Source: a virus. Taken from it: a DNA stretch of 33,145 bases. The DNA is taken from the IMG/VR virus record IMGVR_UViG_3300029904_000005, positions 64,001 to 97,145 of that record. One strand, 5' to 3'. The position numbers and the translations under genes were made by a program. Shown here piece by piece: positions 18,341 through 28,137 of this stretch. Under the pieces are notes generated by a model, which saw nothing but the letters and a program-made list of their open reading frames with translations, was not told where the DNA came from and made no database searches. Position 1 is the stretch's first letter; each line of letters opens with the position of its first letter.

Positions 18341-19996
18341 CTATGCAAATGAAATCTGCTTGCCCTGCGCTGTGGTGACAAGTGCCTGCCATTCCTCAGT
18401 AGTTCCTCCAACCTCCTCAGTTGGTTGTGCTGTTCCTGTAAGATAACTGTAAGTAGTGGGATGAACAGTTATTGTTATAGCCTTTGTATTACCAGCATTG
18501 TCTACAAGATATTTAATAGATTCATAAGAAAGGAGGCGGGAATCTTCAAGAGAAATATTGACATTTGCACCAGTTATAAGTCTTATTTTCACATCCTTAA
18601 GAGCAGAACACCCCCTAAATGCATGTGTTATATTATTATTATTACTCGTATAAATGGTTAAGATATCCTCAATCTTTCTCAATTTAGGGCAATCCCTAAA
18701 AGCATTCTTTATATGTTCAATATATAAAAATGAAGATGTAGGAGTATCGGATAATTTAAGATATTCCAACTTATTACTTTGAGCAAAGCACGAATCTAAC
18801 ACAAGCTTTGTAGTATAATGACTACCTTTTGGGGTTATCTTTGTAAAATAAGTTCTAGCACTAAGATTTTTATACCTATCTAATATAAAACTTGTTATGT
18901 TCTCTCCTTGAATCTGCTCCAGGGCATAGAAAGCCGCCAAAAAACAATCCTCTTCAGTCATGTCCTTTAAATCTCCATATTCCCAGTACCCAGTCTCCTT
19001 GTTGTACACAGCACCGTACTTCTCATACACCTTGCGCAGGTACTGCTTGTAGGAGTTGACATCTACTGAAGATTTAACCTCGTTTATAGCACCTACTACT
19101 GTCTTGGCATTAGTGGCAAGGGCGCTGTCATTTATCTTCTGATAGGTAGACTCGGCATCTGTCTTTTTGAGATAGAGAGTGAGGTCAACCTCTGACCTGT
19201 AAGTGCCGAACTCCTCCCAATAGCCGTCAGGATGCTGCTCATTGACAACCCATACATATTCAGTGTAGTAATTACCTTCCTCTGTAGTACTTGCAGGGAC
19301 AAGACATATTTTCTTCTTCTGCTCATCTGTGGGTGACTCAGGAGTTGATTCTGCTACAAAGAATACAGTAGTATCCAAAGTAACATTAATGGTGTTCTCA
19401 GGGGTAATCTCTATGCCAGTGCCTGCTTTCAGTTTATCCTGTTTAAGGTCAAGAGCTGCCTGTTGTGCTGTTGACACAGGCTTGTTGGCATCAGATGTAT
19501 TATCTACATTACCCAGTCCTACCTGCTCCTTAGTAACACTGTGAGGATTCTCAGTATTTGAAATATGTTCACTAAGACCTGTAACCTTAGACTGTGGAAG
19601 CTGTGGTATATCATCCTCAGTAATAGCTCTGGTCTCTACACTAATCTTGCCATCTGTCTGTGATACTGAGGACACAACCTCTCCTACCTTTGCTGATACT
19701 TCTGAAACATCAAGAGCATTGATTGCCTCTTTTATATCCTCAGATACATCAATACTATTAATAAGTTCTTTCAGAGCTTTTCCTTGAGCAGCACTTAAAG
19801 GAACATCAGTAGCATCTGACTCAAGGGAGTCCACTATCATGTCCTTTGTGATGACATTATTAGGTACATCCTCAGAGAGAATCACATACTGACCATTGAC
19901 ATATCCCTTCAATATAGGTTTCTTTCCTGATGTATCCACCCATAAGGAGGGATTTACAGGCTCCTTACTAGATACATGTATGTTGTTCAGTCTCAT
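18341..19996 (-). CDS. Head or tail fibre protein with C-terminal BspA-type leucine-rich repeats
   Basis: Fibre motifs 'PLSAAQGKAL', 'NPHSVTKEQVGLGNVDNTSD' and 'TVVGAINEV'; LRR units 'AFRDCPKL' and 'AFRGCSAL'; directly after the portal gene. Confidence 0.7.
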   Translation of the reverse strand: MRLNNIHVSSKEPVNPSLWVDTSGKKPILKGYVNGQYVILSEDVPNNVITKDMIVDSLESDATDVPLSAAQGKALKELINSIDVSEDIKEAINALDVSEVSAKVGEVVSSVSQTDGKISVETRAITEDDIPQLPQSKVTGLSEHISNTENPHSVTKEQVGLGNVDNTSDANKPVSTAQQAALDLKQDKLKAGTGIEITPENTINVTLDTTVFFVAESTPESPTDEQKKKICLVPASTTEEGNYYTEYVWVVNEQHPDGYWEEFGTYRSEVDLTLYLKKTDAESTYQKINDSALATNAKTVVGAINEVKSSVDVNSYKQYLRKVYEKYGAVYNKETGYWEYGDLKDMTEEDCFLAAFYALEQIQGENITSFILDRYKNLSARTYFTKITPKGSHYTTKLVLDSCFAQSNKLEYLKLSDTPTSSFLYIEHIKNAFRDCPKLRKIEDILTIYTSNNNNITHAFRGCSALKDVKIRLITGANVNISLEDSRLLSYESIKYLVDNAGNTKAITITVHPTTYSYLTGTAQPTEEVGGTTEEWQALVTTAQGKQISFA

Positions 19997-22407
19997 TTTG
20001 TATTAGTTTTCTGTTGTTTATTAATCTGTTTCTCTTTTAGTCTGGCATCAGTTGAGGCTTTCTTTTTATCAAGCTCAAGTCTTTCTCTATCCAGTTTCAT
20101 TTTCTCATCAAACTGTCTTATCTTCTCTCTAAGGTTTTCTCTCTCACTCTCTGACATAGGCTCTTGTATGCCATCATCATCACCTTCCTGAGTCTTCTGA
20201 GCATTGATATTGGCTATTACAAGCTTGGTCTCATTATCTCTCATATTGAGCCTATCCTCCTGCTCCATCTTCATTCTCTCCATCTCTTGTTTAGCCTGTA
20301 TCTCCTGTTGCTGTACTTGAATCTGCTGTTGTTGTGCCTGAGCATTTCTCTCCTGTATAGCTCTCTCATCCCTCTCAACAAGTCTCTGTTTCTCAGCAAG
20401 AGAACATGAGTTATATAACTTCATAATGGTTGAGAATGAGAGTGTCTGATTTTGAAGTGCTGCCTGTGCAAGCAGGTCAAGCTTTTGAGACAACTCTTGA
20501 ATACCTTGACTACTGTCAACTACTAATCCATAATCAGCCTCAGCAAATTCATCCCCATCTATCTCCATAATTCTTACTGAGTTATCAGGAAGTATATACT
20601 GAAACTTTTTACTTCTTCCTCTAAGAGCTATCTTAGCTGTCTCAAGAAAACATTCAAGAACTCTTCTTTTTACATCTTCATGCTGTACAAACAGCCATTC
20701 TGTAATATGTGATGACTGTAAAGTGGCTCTCTCAACACCACCTACAGTCTCCCTATTACTTACCTGCCCCTCTCTCTGTCTTGTAATACCTGCAACCTCA
20801 GACATCTCCATCTTAATAAATTCAAGAAGATTAATCTGTGATTGTATTGAATTACCAAACTCAGCATCAATTACTCCAGAGGAGGCATTGTTGAGAGCAC
20901 CTGCAAGTTTACCTGTCGCAGCTCCTATATTTCCTTCTTTAAAGCTATCAACTACTGCAATACCATTAACCTTAGCATAATACATCCACTTCTCAATATC
21001 CCATCCTTTAGGAACTTTAGCAAAATCAAGAGTAATAATCTTACCCCAATTTCTTGCCATCATCTTATTAAGCCTATCATGTATAACATCATAAAGATAA
21101 TTATACTGTTTCATCATATCAACAAGAGAGAATGGTCTGCTGTCATTGAGATTATATATGGAACCTATAATACCAAAGTGACATCTTGAAGGATTTGATA
21201 ACCTGTTGTACTGTACAACTCTTGGCCTCATATTCACATAAATATCAGTACCAATCTTTGTGCCTTCCCAAGCCTCATTTACATAGAATATCTGTTCTTC
21301 CTCACCTGCATCCTTATTAATAATATAGGTCTCAGGATAGAAGTTATACACCTCCTCACCTGTCTCAGGGTCATAGGATTTAACCTTCTTAATTCTTCTT
21401 CTTGACTTCCAGTACATTCTCAACACTCTAAGGTTGCCTGCCAAGTCATAAGGAAGAAGTGTATTTGTCATGGAATCTGAGAAGAGATTCATAGGGTCAA
21501 AATAAAATCCATCAGTACTCATCTCATCTCCTATCATATGATTATTTACATAGCCATACCTCTCATCTATGTTATCCATAGAATCAACAGCAGCCTGCCC
21601 TACATGGTCAGGAAGGCTCTCTATATATTCCATATCTTTTTTGGACAGCACATCATAAAAAGTATCTATGACTTTTCCAGGACTCCAGTAGTCTTCTAAT
21701 ATAATTATATCAGCATCTTCTATTCTATTAGAATAACCAGATTTAAATATTCTTATCTTTAGAGGATTTACTCTATCAATCACTGGCTCTCCACCTACTA
21801 TGTCACACTGATATATTTCCTCACCTACAGTCATGGCATCCATGAATCCATTATTAAACAACAGAGGTATGTTATACTCCTTCCAATAATGATTAAGAAG
21901 TGCATTACCTCTTATTTCTCTCATGTCTTGCCATTCATAAGTATAATAATCACTGAGCTTCTGTATCTCCTGATTAAACTCTTCTTCTGACTGTGCAGTA
22001 TCAGCTATAAGCTGCTGCATTCTTTGAAGAAGTTCTTTCTTTTTAACATTTTCAATTTCTGAAATTGCATTAGGATTAGTAACAACAACTTTATAATCAA
22101 AAACTCTCTTGGACTCCTCACCTCTTAACACATTGAGCTTACTGTTCATGATAGGATAATGTTGTATTCTATCAGGTATGAATCCTGCTTGTATATTTTC
22201 AGGATTCAAGATAAGCTCAAGGTCAGTCATATGCAGCTTGCCATTCAGAAGGTCATAGTTAGTCTTCTTATGAATCACAGATTTCCTCACAAGACTGTAG
22301 TTGAAGAAAGTCTTTGAGTCTGCCCAATCCAAATGTCGACGTCTCCACTGCTTAGTCTTTTTACTAAATGGTAATTGTTGTGGAGGTAAATTTATTAAAT
22401 CCGGCAT
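19993..22407 (-). CDS. Portal protein
   Basis: 804 aa, downstream of TerL; 'GITRQREGQV' motif and Q-rich C-terminal coiled-coil barrel typical of crAss portals. Confidence 0.9.
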   Translation of the reverse strand: MPDLINLPPQQLPFSKKTKQWRRRHLDWADSKTFFNYSLVRKSVIHKKTNYDLLNGKLHMTDLELILNPENIQAGFIPDRIQHYPIMNSKLNVLRGEESKRVFDYKVVVTNPNAISEIENVKKKELLQRMQQLIADTAQSEEEFNQEIQKLSDYYTYEWQDMREIRGNALLNHYWKEYNIPLLFNNGFMDAMTVGEEIYQCDIVGGEPVIDRVNPLKIRIFKSGYSNRIEDADIIILEDYWSPGKVIDTFYDVLSKKDMEYIESLPDHVGQAAVDSMDNIDERYGYVNNHMIGDEMSTDGFYFDPMNLFSDSMTNTLLPYDLAGNLRVLRMYWKSRRRIKKVKSYDPETGEEVYNFYPETYIINKDAGEEEQIFYVNEAWEGTKIGTDIYVNMRPRVVQYNRLSNPSRCHFGIIGSIYNLNDSRPFSLVDMMKQYNYLYDVIHDRLNKMMARNWGKIITLDFAKVPKGWDIEKWMYYAKVNGIAVVDSFKEGNIGAATGKLAGALNNASSGVIDAEFGNSIQSQINLLEFIKMEMSEVAGITRQREGQVSNRETVGGVERATLQSSHITEWLFVQHEDVKRRVLECFLETAKIALRGRSKKFQYILPDNSVRIMEIDGDEFAEADYGLVVDSSQGIQELSQKLDLLAQAALQNQTLSFSTIMKLYNSCSLAEKQRLVERDERAIQERNAQAQQQQIQVQQQEIQAKQEMERMKMEQEDRLNMRDNETKLVIANINAQKTQEGDDDGIQEPMSESERENLREKIRQFDEKMKLDRERLELDKKKASTDARLKEKQINKQQKTNTK

Positions 22408-22427
22408 AATGATTCATATTATTTTTG

Positions 22428-22458
22428 CAAAAATATAGAAAAATATGTATTTATACAA
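22428..22458 (-). promoter_or_regulatory. Bacteroidota sigmaA-type promoter for the portal/fibre operon
   Basis: TTG-N20-TATTTTTG. Confidence 0.7.
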
Positions 22459-22482
22459 TAGTATAAATAAATTACTAATTGT

Positions 22483-24756
22483 TTATATTTGTTTTTCTTT
22501 ACTTTTAATAAACCTCATATCATAATTCTTCTTAAAGAAAGGGTCATTACCTAAGTAATCAGCAGAAGTAATATCCCTATCTCTTGCAGGATTACCTTGA
22601 TAAAGTACCATTTTCTCTTCTCTATACAGCATTACCATTCCAAGTGCTCTTATTCTATCCACATTCAGTTCAGGATTAAAAGCAATAAGCTCCTCTAAGA
22701 GTGCTCTATTTCTAAGATTAAATAGGTTCTGTATAGTTATTTCAACTTCCTGACCCTCATCATTTTTTATAATAGTTGGAACAGGTTTCATAAGCCAGTC
22801 TCTTATAAGACCATTAGCATAATTATTTATAGGAGCAGATGCACTGACTCCTTTCTGGCTACTACCTATTCTGCTATACTTAATCAACTGCTTATCTCTC
22901 AAATACTCAGGAGTATCTGCCAAAAGATGAGTACAGTTCATCTTGGAAAAATAAGCAAACATTCCCTTAATATTACTCTCATAAAGACATTTAGCATTAT
23001 AAAATAAACATAGAAGTCTTGTTATTTCATAATTATCCTCAGCCATTCTCTGCCTTCCAGTATATTCAGCTACTATAGTATCAGTCCATAAGTCCAATAC
23101 AAAATTAGAAGATAAGGAAGTAGATTCAGCAGCATCATTATCAACAGGGTCTGTTCCTATAATATATCTTGTCGAAGGTATTTTACCTGACCTGTCTTTC
23201 TCAGGCATAGCAAATATCTCAATAGCTCCTGGAGTATCATTCTCAACTCCATATTTCCTTATAGGAGTATCATTAGTCAATTTAAATTCAACTTCTCCAT
23301 TCTTATTCATAACAAGTTGTCCTATATAAACATCATCAAAAGCGTGAGTGTCTATATCAAGCTGCTGTAATCTTTCAGTAAGAGCAGCCACAGGAAAGAA
23401 AGCAGACTTTACTTTTATAATAGCTTCAGCAGGAGTAATAGGGTCCTCAGCTATAACTTTCAATACTGACCTTGGGTCTGTTGAAAATTTAGCTTTATAT
23501 CTTGCCATAAGTACTTCAACTAATGCCTTAACCACATCAGATACTCCATCTTTATTATAGCATCCTGCTCTATTTATATAAGCAGGAAAGAAAAATCCAA
23601 ATGTCTGTTTTCCTTGATTAATCTTATCATATACATTAGGATTTGAAAGTATATTATATGCTTCAGGATTATATAAAAGTGTTTTTGCAGAACTAAAATC
23701 TGATTCCTTTTCACTGGCAGTACCTATCAAATACTGAATAGCAAATGTATAATCACCATCTTCTACTGATTTTCTAGTAGTATCATAAAGAGGCAGCAAG
23801 TTAGGAAAAGTACCCATCTCCTCATATAATATCCAACCTCTTTTACCTCTAAGCTTATCACTATCATCTTTTGCAGACACTGCAGTAACCTGATTTAAAG
23901 AGCCTCTTTCAATACCATATTCATCTTTATATCCCATCTGCCAAGACATCTCATTAGGAGAGTTCTTAAGCATAAGATGTGGAAAAGGAGTATTACTAAA
24001 ACAAAAATTAATGGCAGGTTTAAATTTACTCAGTGTGCCATCTTTACTATCAGCTAAATATTCCTTCTGGTATGCAGTAAGTACAGTAATAACTCTTTTC
24101 TTTGATTCCTCTGATTCTCCAAGTATAAGATTATGTGACATTATACTTGCCAATGAGTAGGATTTTCCACAACCCCTGCGTGCTAATTCTATAGCATGAT
24201 GTCCTTCTTCCCTTGCTTTGTATAAATACTTATATCTCCAGTCAATACCTTCAAAGAAAAAGGGAAAAGCCTCTTTTCTTATAGCCTTTTTCCTTCTCTC
24301 CTCAATAACATTTACTATCATAGGGACATAATTGAGAAACCAGTATTCATAACCTGATACCCAAGCACCATCCTCAGGTCTTATAAGGCCCTCATAGCAT
24401 CTTCTTTTCTCTTCATCCCAGAACTTTCTATATTCAGAATTAGGATTGCTATTAGGTCTAAGGAAGGTATAACAACCATGTTTTAAGAAATGAAGTGCCG
24501 GCTGTCTAAAATAATCAGCATTCTCCATTATAGGAGGGTTGGTTATATCTACTATAGCTGCTCCCCTTTCATCTCTTGGAAGGTCCTTATAGTAGGGTCT
24601 ATCAGGAGAAATTAATCTTTTGATAAACTCAATTCCTGTAAGACACTCCATAAGCTGTTCAGCTACGTCTGATGGAAGACTGTCCAGTAACTCCCTTGTT
24701 ACAGGAGTTTGATACTTATTAGTTTGAATTAATACCCCATCCTGTAAATTCTCCAT
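22483..24756 (-). CDS. terL: Terminase large subunit
   Basis: Walker A 'ARRGCGKS', Walker B 'ILYEE', nuclease 'IIGTDPVD'; adjacent to portal. Confidence 0.93.
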   Translation of the reverse strand: MENLQDGVLIQTNKYQTPVTRELLDSLPSDVAEQLMECLTGIEFIKRLISPDRPYYKDLPRDERGAAIVDITNPPIMENADYFRQPALHFLKHGCYTFLRPNSNPNSEYRKFWDEEKRRCYEGLIRPEDGAWVSGYEYWFLNYVPMIVNVIEERRKKAIRKEAFPFFFEGIDWRYKYLYKAREEGHHAIELARRGCGKSYSLASIMSHNLILGESEESKKRVITVLTAYQKEYLADSKDGTLSKFKPAINFCFSNTPFPHLMLKNSPNEMSWQMGYKDEYGIERGSLNQVTAVSAKDDSDKLRGKRGWILYEEMGTFPNLLPLYDTTRKSVEDGDYTFAIQYLIGTASEKESDFSSAKTLLYNPEAYNILSNPNVYDKINQGKQTFGFFFPAYINRAGCYNKDGVSDVVKALVEVLMARYKAKFSTDPRSVLKVIAEDPITPAEAIIKVKSAFFPVAALTERLQQLDIDTHAFDDVYIGQLVMNKNGEVEFKLTNDTPIRKYGVENDTPGAIEIFAMPEKDRSGKIPSTRYIIGTDPVDNDAAESTSLSSNFVLDLWTDTIVAEYTGRQRMAEDNYEITRLLCLFYNAKCLYESNIKGMFAYFSKMNCTHLLADTPEYLRDKQLIKYSRIGSSQKGVSASAPINNYANGLIRDWLMKPVPTIIKNDEGQEVEITIQNLFNLRNRALLEELIAFNPELNVDRIRALGMVMLYREEKMVLYQGNPARDRDITSADYLGNDPFFKKNYDMRFIKSKEKQI

Positions 24757-25051
24757 TTCTCAAAGATTTTAATAGTTCACTATCCTGAGTTATATTAAAT
24801 AGATTGGAGAGTAGGAACTCTTCCATCACTTTAATATTATGCCTTTCCTCTGCCTCTGTAACTTCTCTTGCTGTATGATTATGAGCAAATAACTGGTACT
24901 TCTTCCCATTATTGATATACCATACAATCCAAGTATATTTCTTAAAAGCTTTTATCTGAGTTTGTGTCTTAGTCTTTTGTAAGACAATAACAACTCCATC
25001 TATATCTCCAAGAAACTTGTTAAATGCATCTATTACTTCTACTGCTTCCAT
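24719..25051 (-). CDS. Hypothetical protein
   Basis: ORF in operon orientation overlapping the terL start. Confidence 0.6.
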   Translation of the reverse strand: MEAVEVIDAFNKFLGDIDGVVIVLQKTKTQTQIKAFKKYTWIVWYINNGKKYQLFAHNHTAREVTEAEERHNIKVMEEFLLSNLFNITQDSELLKSLRNGEFTGWGINSN

Positions 25052-25110
25052 AATTATTTATATTCAAATTTATAACCTAAATAACTCCTCTTGTTAACTT
25101 TATTAGAAAG

Positions 25111-25644
25111 TTAAAGGTCCTCGTACATAGCCTTTTCAGCAGCTCCTCTGACCTTATCATTCTGAGTTACTTCCTTTGCAACAGCCTTTTCAGCTTCATC
25201 AAGGTCCTTTATTAAGGAGGGAATCTGCTTTATTATAGCTCCTATTTCCTTAGTTTCCTTTACATCAAGTTCAGTCATATTAGCTGTAAGGTCTCTTATC
25301 TTCATCCTATAGCCATCAACCATAGCTCTTGTATCTTCCAGTAGAAGTGCTGATGTAGACTTAAAGCTATTATAAAATATCATAGCCTCATTTACATATT
25401 TATCAGGCTCCCATTTCTCAGGCAATCCCTCACCTTCCTTAATAGCATTCTTCCTTTGCTCTTCATCTACAATATACTGATAGTCACTACGTGGGTCTAC
25501 CATAAAATAGATAAATCCCAACTCCATTATAGCTCTTTCCTTATTCTGTGATTTATCTCTATTCCACAGCTTCTTAAAAGGCTTCAGCAGTATAGCTTCA
25601 GGCTCAACTGTCATAGTATATCCTTCATATCTGAATAATCTCAT
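25111..25644 (-). CDS. Helical protein upstream of terL (terminase small subunit candidate)
   Basis: Start moved to ATG 25644 because the track start runs through a hairpin. Function inferred from position only. Confidence 0.4.
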   Translation of the reverse strand: MRLFRYEGYTMTVEPEAILLKPFKKLWNRDKSQNKERAIMELGFIYFMVDPRSDYQYIVDEEQRKNAIKEGEGLPEKWEPDKYVNEAMIFYNSFKSTSALLLEDTRAMVDGYRMKIRDLTANMTELDVKETKEIGAIIKQIPSLIKDLDEAEKAVAKEVTQNDKVRGAAEKAMYEDL

Positions 25645-25673
25645 ATGATTCTCCTTTAAGTAGGTAAATAAGT

Positions 25674-25704
25674 AAAGCCTGCCAGAAATCCGACAGGCTT
25701 TTTT
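25674..25704 (-). terminator. Stem-loop or terminator after the GroES-like gene
   Basis: AAAGCCTGTCGG-ATTT-CTGGCAGGCTTT; its G-U pairs work on the minus strand. Confidence 0.55.
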
Positions 25705-25705
25705 C

Positions 25706-26128
25706 TTATACAATTAGTTCTTTTTTCGGTTTAATCAAAGGTGAAGGCTCAGGGTCTGGAACCTCCTCATACTCTTCAATTATAAAATCTATATCTCTAT
25801 CTTGAAGAAGCAGGCACTGTCTCCCATCCATTTCTACAACATCAAAGTTGTATTTGATTACAGGATTATCAGTAATTACTCCATCTTTAAGAGTTCCTTC
25901 TTTGTGTTTCTTTACTGCGAATCTAGTAGGATTTACACATACTAAATCACCTACCTTAATATCTCTTACTAACTCTCCTACTGCAAGTACTGTCTGATAT
26001 TCCTTAATACTTCCCTGCTGTTTAGTTGTATCAATTAAACCACCCTCAACTCTCACATCCTGCTCATACTTATCCATTGTAGTTATAAGAGCTGTAAACA
26101 TCGGTTTTATTTTCTTAATTTTAAGCAT
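25706..26128 (-). CDS. groES: GroES/Cpn10-like co-chaperonin
   Basis: 'IKPM', mobile-loop-like 'EGGLI', 'TVLAVG...IKVGDLV', 'EMDGRQCLLLQDRDI'. Confidence 0.75.
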   Translation of the reverse strand: MLKIKKIKPMFTALITTMDKYEQDVRVEGGLIDTTKQQGSIKEYQTVLAVGELVRDIKVGDLVCVNPTRFAVKKHKEGTLKDGVITDNPVIKYNFDVVEMDGRQCLLLQDRDIDFIIEEYEEVPDPEPSPLIKPKKELIV

Positions 26129-26129
26129 C

Positions 26130-26399
26130 TTATTTCTTCTCCCTTTTCTGTTTATTATACTCAAAACTCCATTTACATCTTCTAAATCTATCCCATGTCA
26201 AGGCAAGTTTACCTAAACTTGGGATATTGAAATTGGTTCTCAGTTCAGCAAACTCTCTCTCACTGATATCCTCCTTCAATGGTAAGGACTGTATAGTCTG
26301 CTTTATGAATTTCCAAAAAGAACTGTAAGCCAGACTCACTACCTCAGAAGGTATACCCAGTTCCTGTGAGACTTTATCTACAGCATCAGACCAGTTCAT
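26130..26399 (-). CDS. HU/IHF-like DNA-binding protein
   Basis: 'VSQELGIPSEVV...FWKFIKQTI...FNIPSLGKL'. Confidence 0.55.
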   Translation of the reverse strand: MNWSDAVDKVSQELGIPSEVVSLAYSSFWKFIKQTIQSLPLKEDISEREFAELRTNFNIPSLGKLALTWDRFRRCKWSFEYNKQKREKK

Positions 26400-26779
26400 T
26401 TTAACTCAAAAAGCAACAGTAATTGGAAAGTTCCTGTCTCACTATCAATATTAGGTATAAATCTTGGATTTATTCTACCATCAATTATGACATTATTTTT
26501 CCTAAGTTTACCCATAATTACTTGAAAATGAGGGAGAGTAATATCACACTCCTCTCTTACTTTTCTTTTGGTATCCTCACTCATTGTAACTTTATCAAGA
26601 ATATCTGCATCTTTGATAACCTTACTAAGCTCATACCTATGTTTTACAAAACATGTAATTACATCAATTTCTCTATCAGTTAACTTATGAAAAGGACGTA
26701 GAAACTCAAACCAATATCTAAAAAACTTACCATTCAATGAAGTAGGAATCCTAACAATATTATTGGCTTTCCTATTCAT
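26396..26779 (-). CDS. Hypothetical protein, possible winged-helix DNA binder
   Basis: 'LTDREIDVI' and 'KRKVREECDITLPHFQVIMGKLRKNNVI'. Confidence 0.45.
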   Translation of the reverse strand: MNRKANNIVRIPTSLNGKFFRYWFEFLRPFHKLTDREIDVITCFVKHRYELSKVIKDADILDKVTMSEDTKRKVREECDITLPHFQVIMGKLRKNNVIIDGRINPRFIPNIDSETGTFQLLLLFELK

Positions 26780-26791
26780 ATCAACTAAGTT

Positions 26792-27088
26792 TTACTCCTC
26801 TGCCTTATTTTCAGTACTCTCAGTTTCAGGAACTGTTATCAGTTCTTCAATCTCAGCTACACACTTATCTACAAATTCCTCATTAAAAGCATGTGCATTT
26901 TCCACCACCTTGAACAGGTAGTCAAGTCTCTTGAATATGTTAGTCATATTGGCTTTCTGCAACTCTGCATACAGTTGTCTAGCCTGTTCACTAAGCTGAT
27001 GAGCTACATTTTCCAATTGCTCATAGGACATTTTCTCAGGCCTATCTGCCGAAGCAGTGCCTGAATTTAACTTCTCATTCTCTTCCAT
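26792..27088 (-). CDS. Acidic coiled-coil hypothetical protein
   Basis: ORF in operon orientation. Confidence 0.6.
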   Translation of the reverse strand: MEENEKLNSGTASADRPEKMSYEQLENVAHQLSEQARQLYAELQKANMTNIFKRLDYLFKVVENAHAFNEEFVDKCVAEIEELITVPETESTENKAEE

Positions 27089-27089
27089 T

Positions 27090-27311
27090 TTATTTCTTTA
27101 TAAAAGTTTTACCATATTTTTTCTTATACATCTCCTCCCAGTCTTCTATATTTGCAGTATCTATATCAGTACTGCCACAATCATCACAATAGTCTATCTC
27201 ATCATTAATAGACAATATCTTAAGTGATAAACATTTCTTACAAAAGACTACAGGTTCTGAATTATATTCATCTTTGGAGTACTCCTCATTAATAATGCTT
27301 GATTCTTTCAT
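27090..27311 (-). CDS. Zn-ribbon protein
   Basis: CKKC...CDDC. Confidence 0.65.
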   Translation of the reverse strand: MKESSIINEEYSKDEYNSEPVVFCKKCLSLKILSINDEIDYCDDCGSTDIDTANIEDWEEMYKKKYGKTFIKK

Positions 27312-27573
27312 AAATCTTTTTCTTTAGCTCGTTGACAGCCCTACTGTGCTTACCTCTTCTCTTACAGGTATTAGCAGCATTATGGAATGGTCTAGCAGGC
27401 ATTATAATACCATCAGTAGTAACATGTCCTCTTCTCATAGCTCTTCTTACTGACCTAAATTTGTAGACTCCATTATAAGTAACCAAATGTAGAACCATAA
27501 TACCTTTTGAGATATAATCCTCAAACTCTTCCTGACTCATCAAGTCTCTTTCAATTTTCTTCTGCTCTTCCAT
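27289..27573 (-). CDS. Basic hypothetical protein
   Basis: ORF in operon orientation. Confidence 0.55.
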   Translation of the reverse strand: MEEQKKIERDLMSQEEFEDYISKGIMVLHLVTYNGVYKFRSVRRAMRRGHVTTDGIIMPARPFHNAANTCKRRGKHSRAVNELKKKIYERIKHY

Positions 27574-27592
27574 ATTTCACAATGTTATATTA

Positions 27593-27793
27593 TTACTTAT
27601 AATATATAAGTACAAACTGGCCATTCTCTTTTAGAAGAGATACAATATTCTCTCTTTTGACTCCTTCCTCATTAGCAGCTCTTACAATCTCCCTTATTGT
27701 ATTAGCTGCCATTGCAGTCATAAAACATGAAGGTGTTCCAGCTTCTACTTTTTTAGTCCTTACTGTTTTACTCTTTTCAATCTCCATAGCCAA
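27593..27793 (-). CDS. Small hypothetical protein (start may be ATG 27787)
   Basis: ORF directly downstream of tRNA-Met. Confidence 0.5.
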   Translation of the reverse strand: MAMEIEKSKTVRTKKVEAGTPSCFMTAMAANTIREIVRAANEEGVKRENIVSLLKENGQFVLIYYK

Positions 27794-27813
27794 ATTTCTT
27801 TTAGCTTAATTAG

Positions 27814-27883
27814 TAGCGGAGAAGGGAATCGAACCCTTGGAGGCAGGCTTATGAGACCTACTTGAATACCAATTCTCCCCGCA
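27814..27883 (-). tRNA. tRNA-Met(CAT), initiator-like, atypical D arm
   Basis: Anticodon loop CT-CAT-AA, T loop TTCGATT, 1:72 T/T mismatch, 4-nt D loop. Confidence 0.7.
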
Positions 27884-27885
27884 GT

Positions 27886-28058
27886 ATAACCAGAGATTTG
27901 GTAGCTGGTACTCTGGTACTGCAAGTATCACCTTAACTTGCACCCTCCTTCACCACCCATCCTTAAGCTTGTTATAAGTGTCAGCCTCACTAGTGGGATT
28001 TCCATTAGGGGTAAGGAGTGTCAGTCTCTCTAAATGGAATATAGTTCTACTGACCTGT
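27886..28058 (-). ncRNA. Candidate structured spacer RNA between tRNA-Thr and tRNA-Met
   Basis: No ORF in the track; several helices (see findings). Confidence 0.4.
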
Positions 28059-28060
28059 TG

Positions 28061-28131
28061 AGGCTTCTGCCAGAATCGAACTGACATTACTGGGTTACAA
28101 AGCCAGCTTTCTGCCATTGAAATAAGAAGCC
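28061..28131 (-). tRNA. tRNA-Thr(TGT), atypical
   Basis: GGCTTCT/AGAAGCC acceptor, loop TT-TGT-AA, C31/C39 mismatch. Confidence 0.75.
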
Positions 28132-28137
28132 CTTTCT

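Noticed and set aside
12613-19996. Diversity-generating retroelement or invertase shufflon acting on the fibre genes
   Set aside because: No reverse transcriptase or recombinase, and no near-identical TR/VR pair or inverted cassettes seen; the repeats are diverged protein-level domains
22483-24756. Intein or group I intron in terL (also checked portal and MCP)
   Set aside because: The ORFs are continuous, of expected size and lack splicing motifs
28000-28058. HDV-like (theta) ribozyme after tRNA-Thr
   Set aside because: P1/P2-like crossing helices exist, but only ~7 nt separate them, too few for P3/L3, and there is no P1.1
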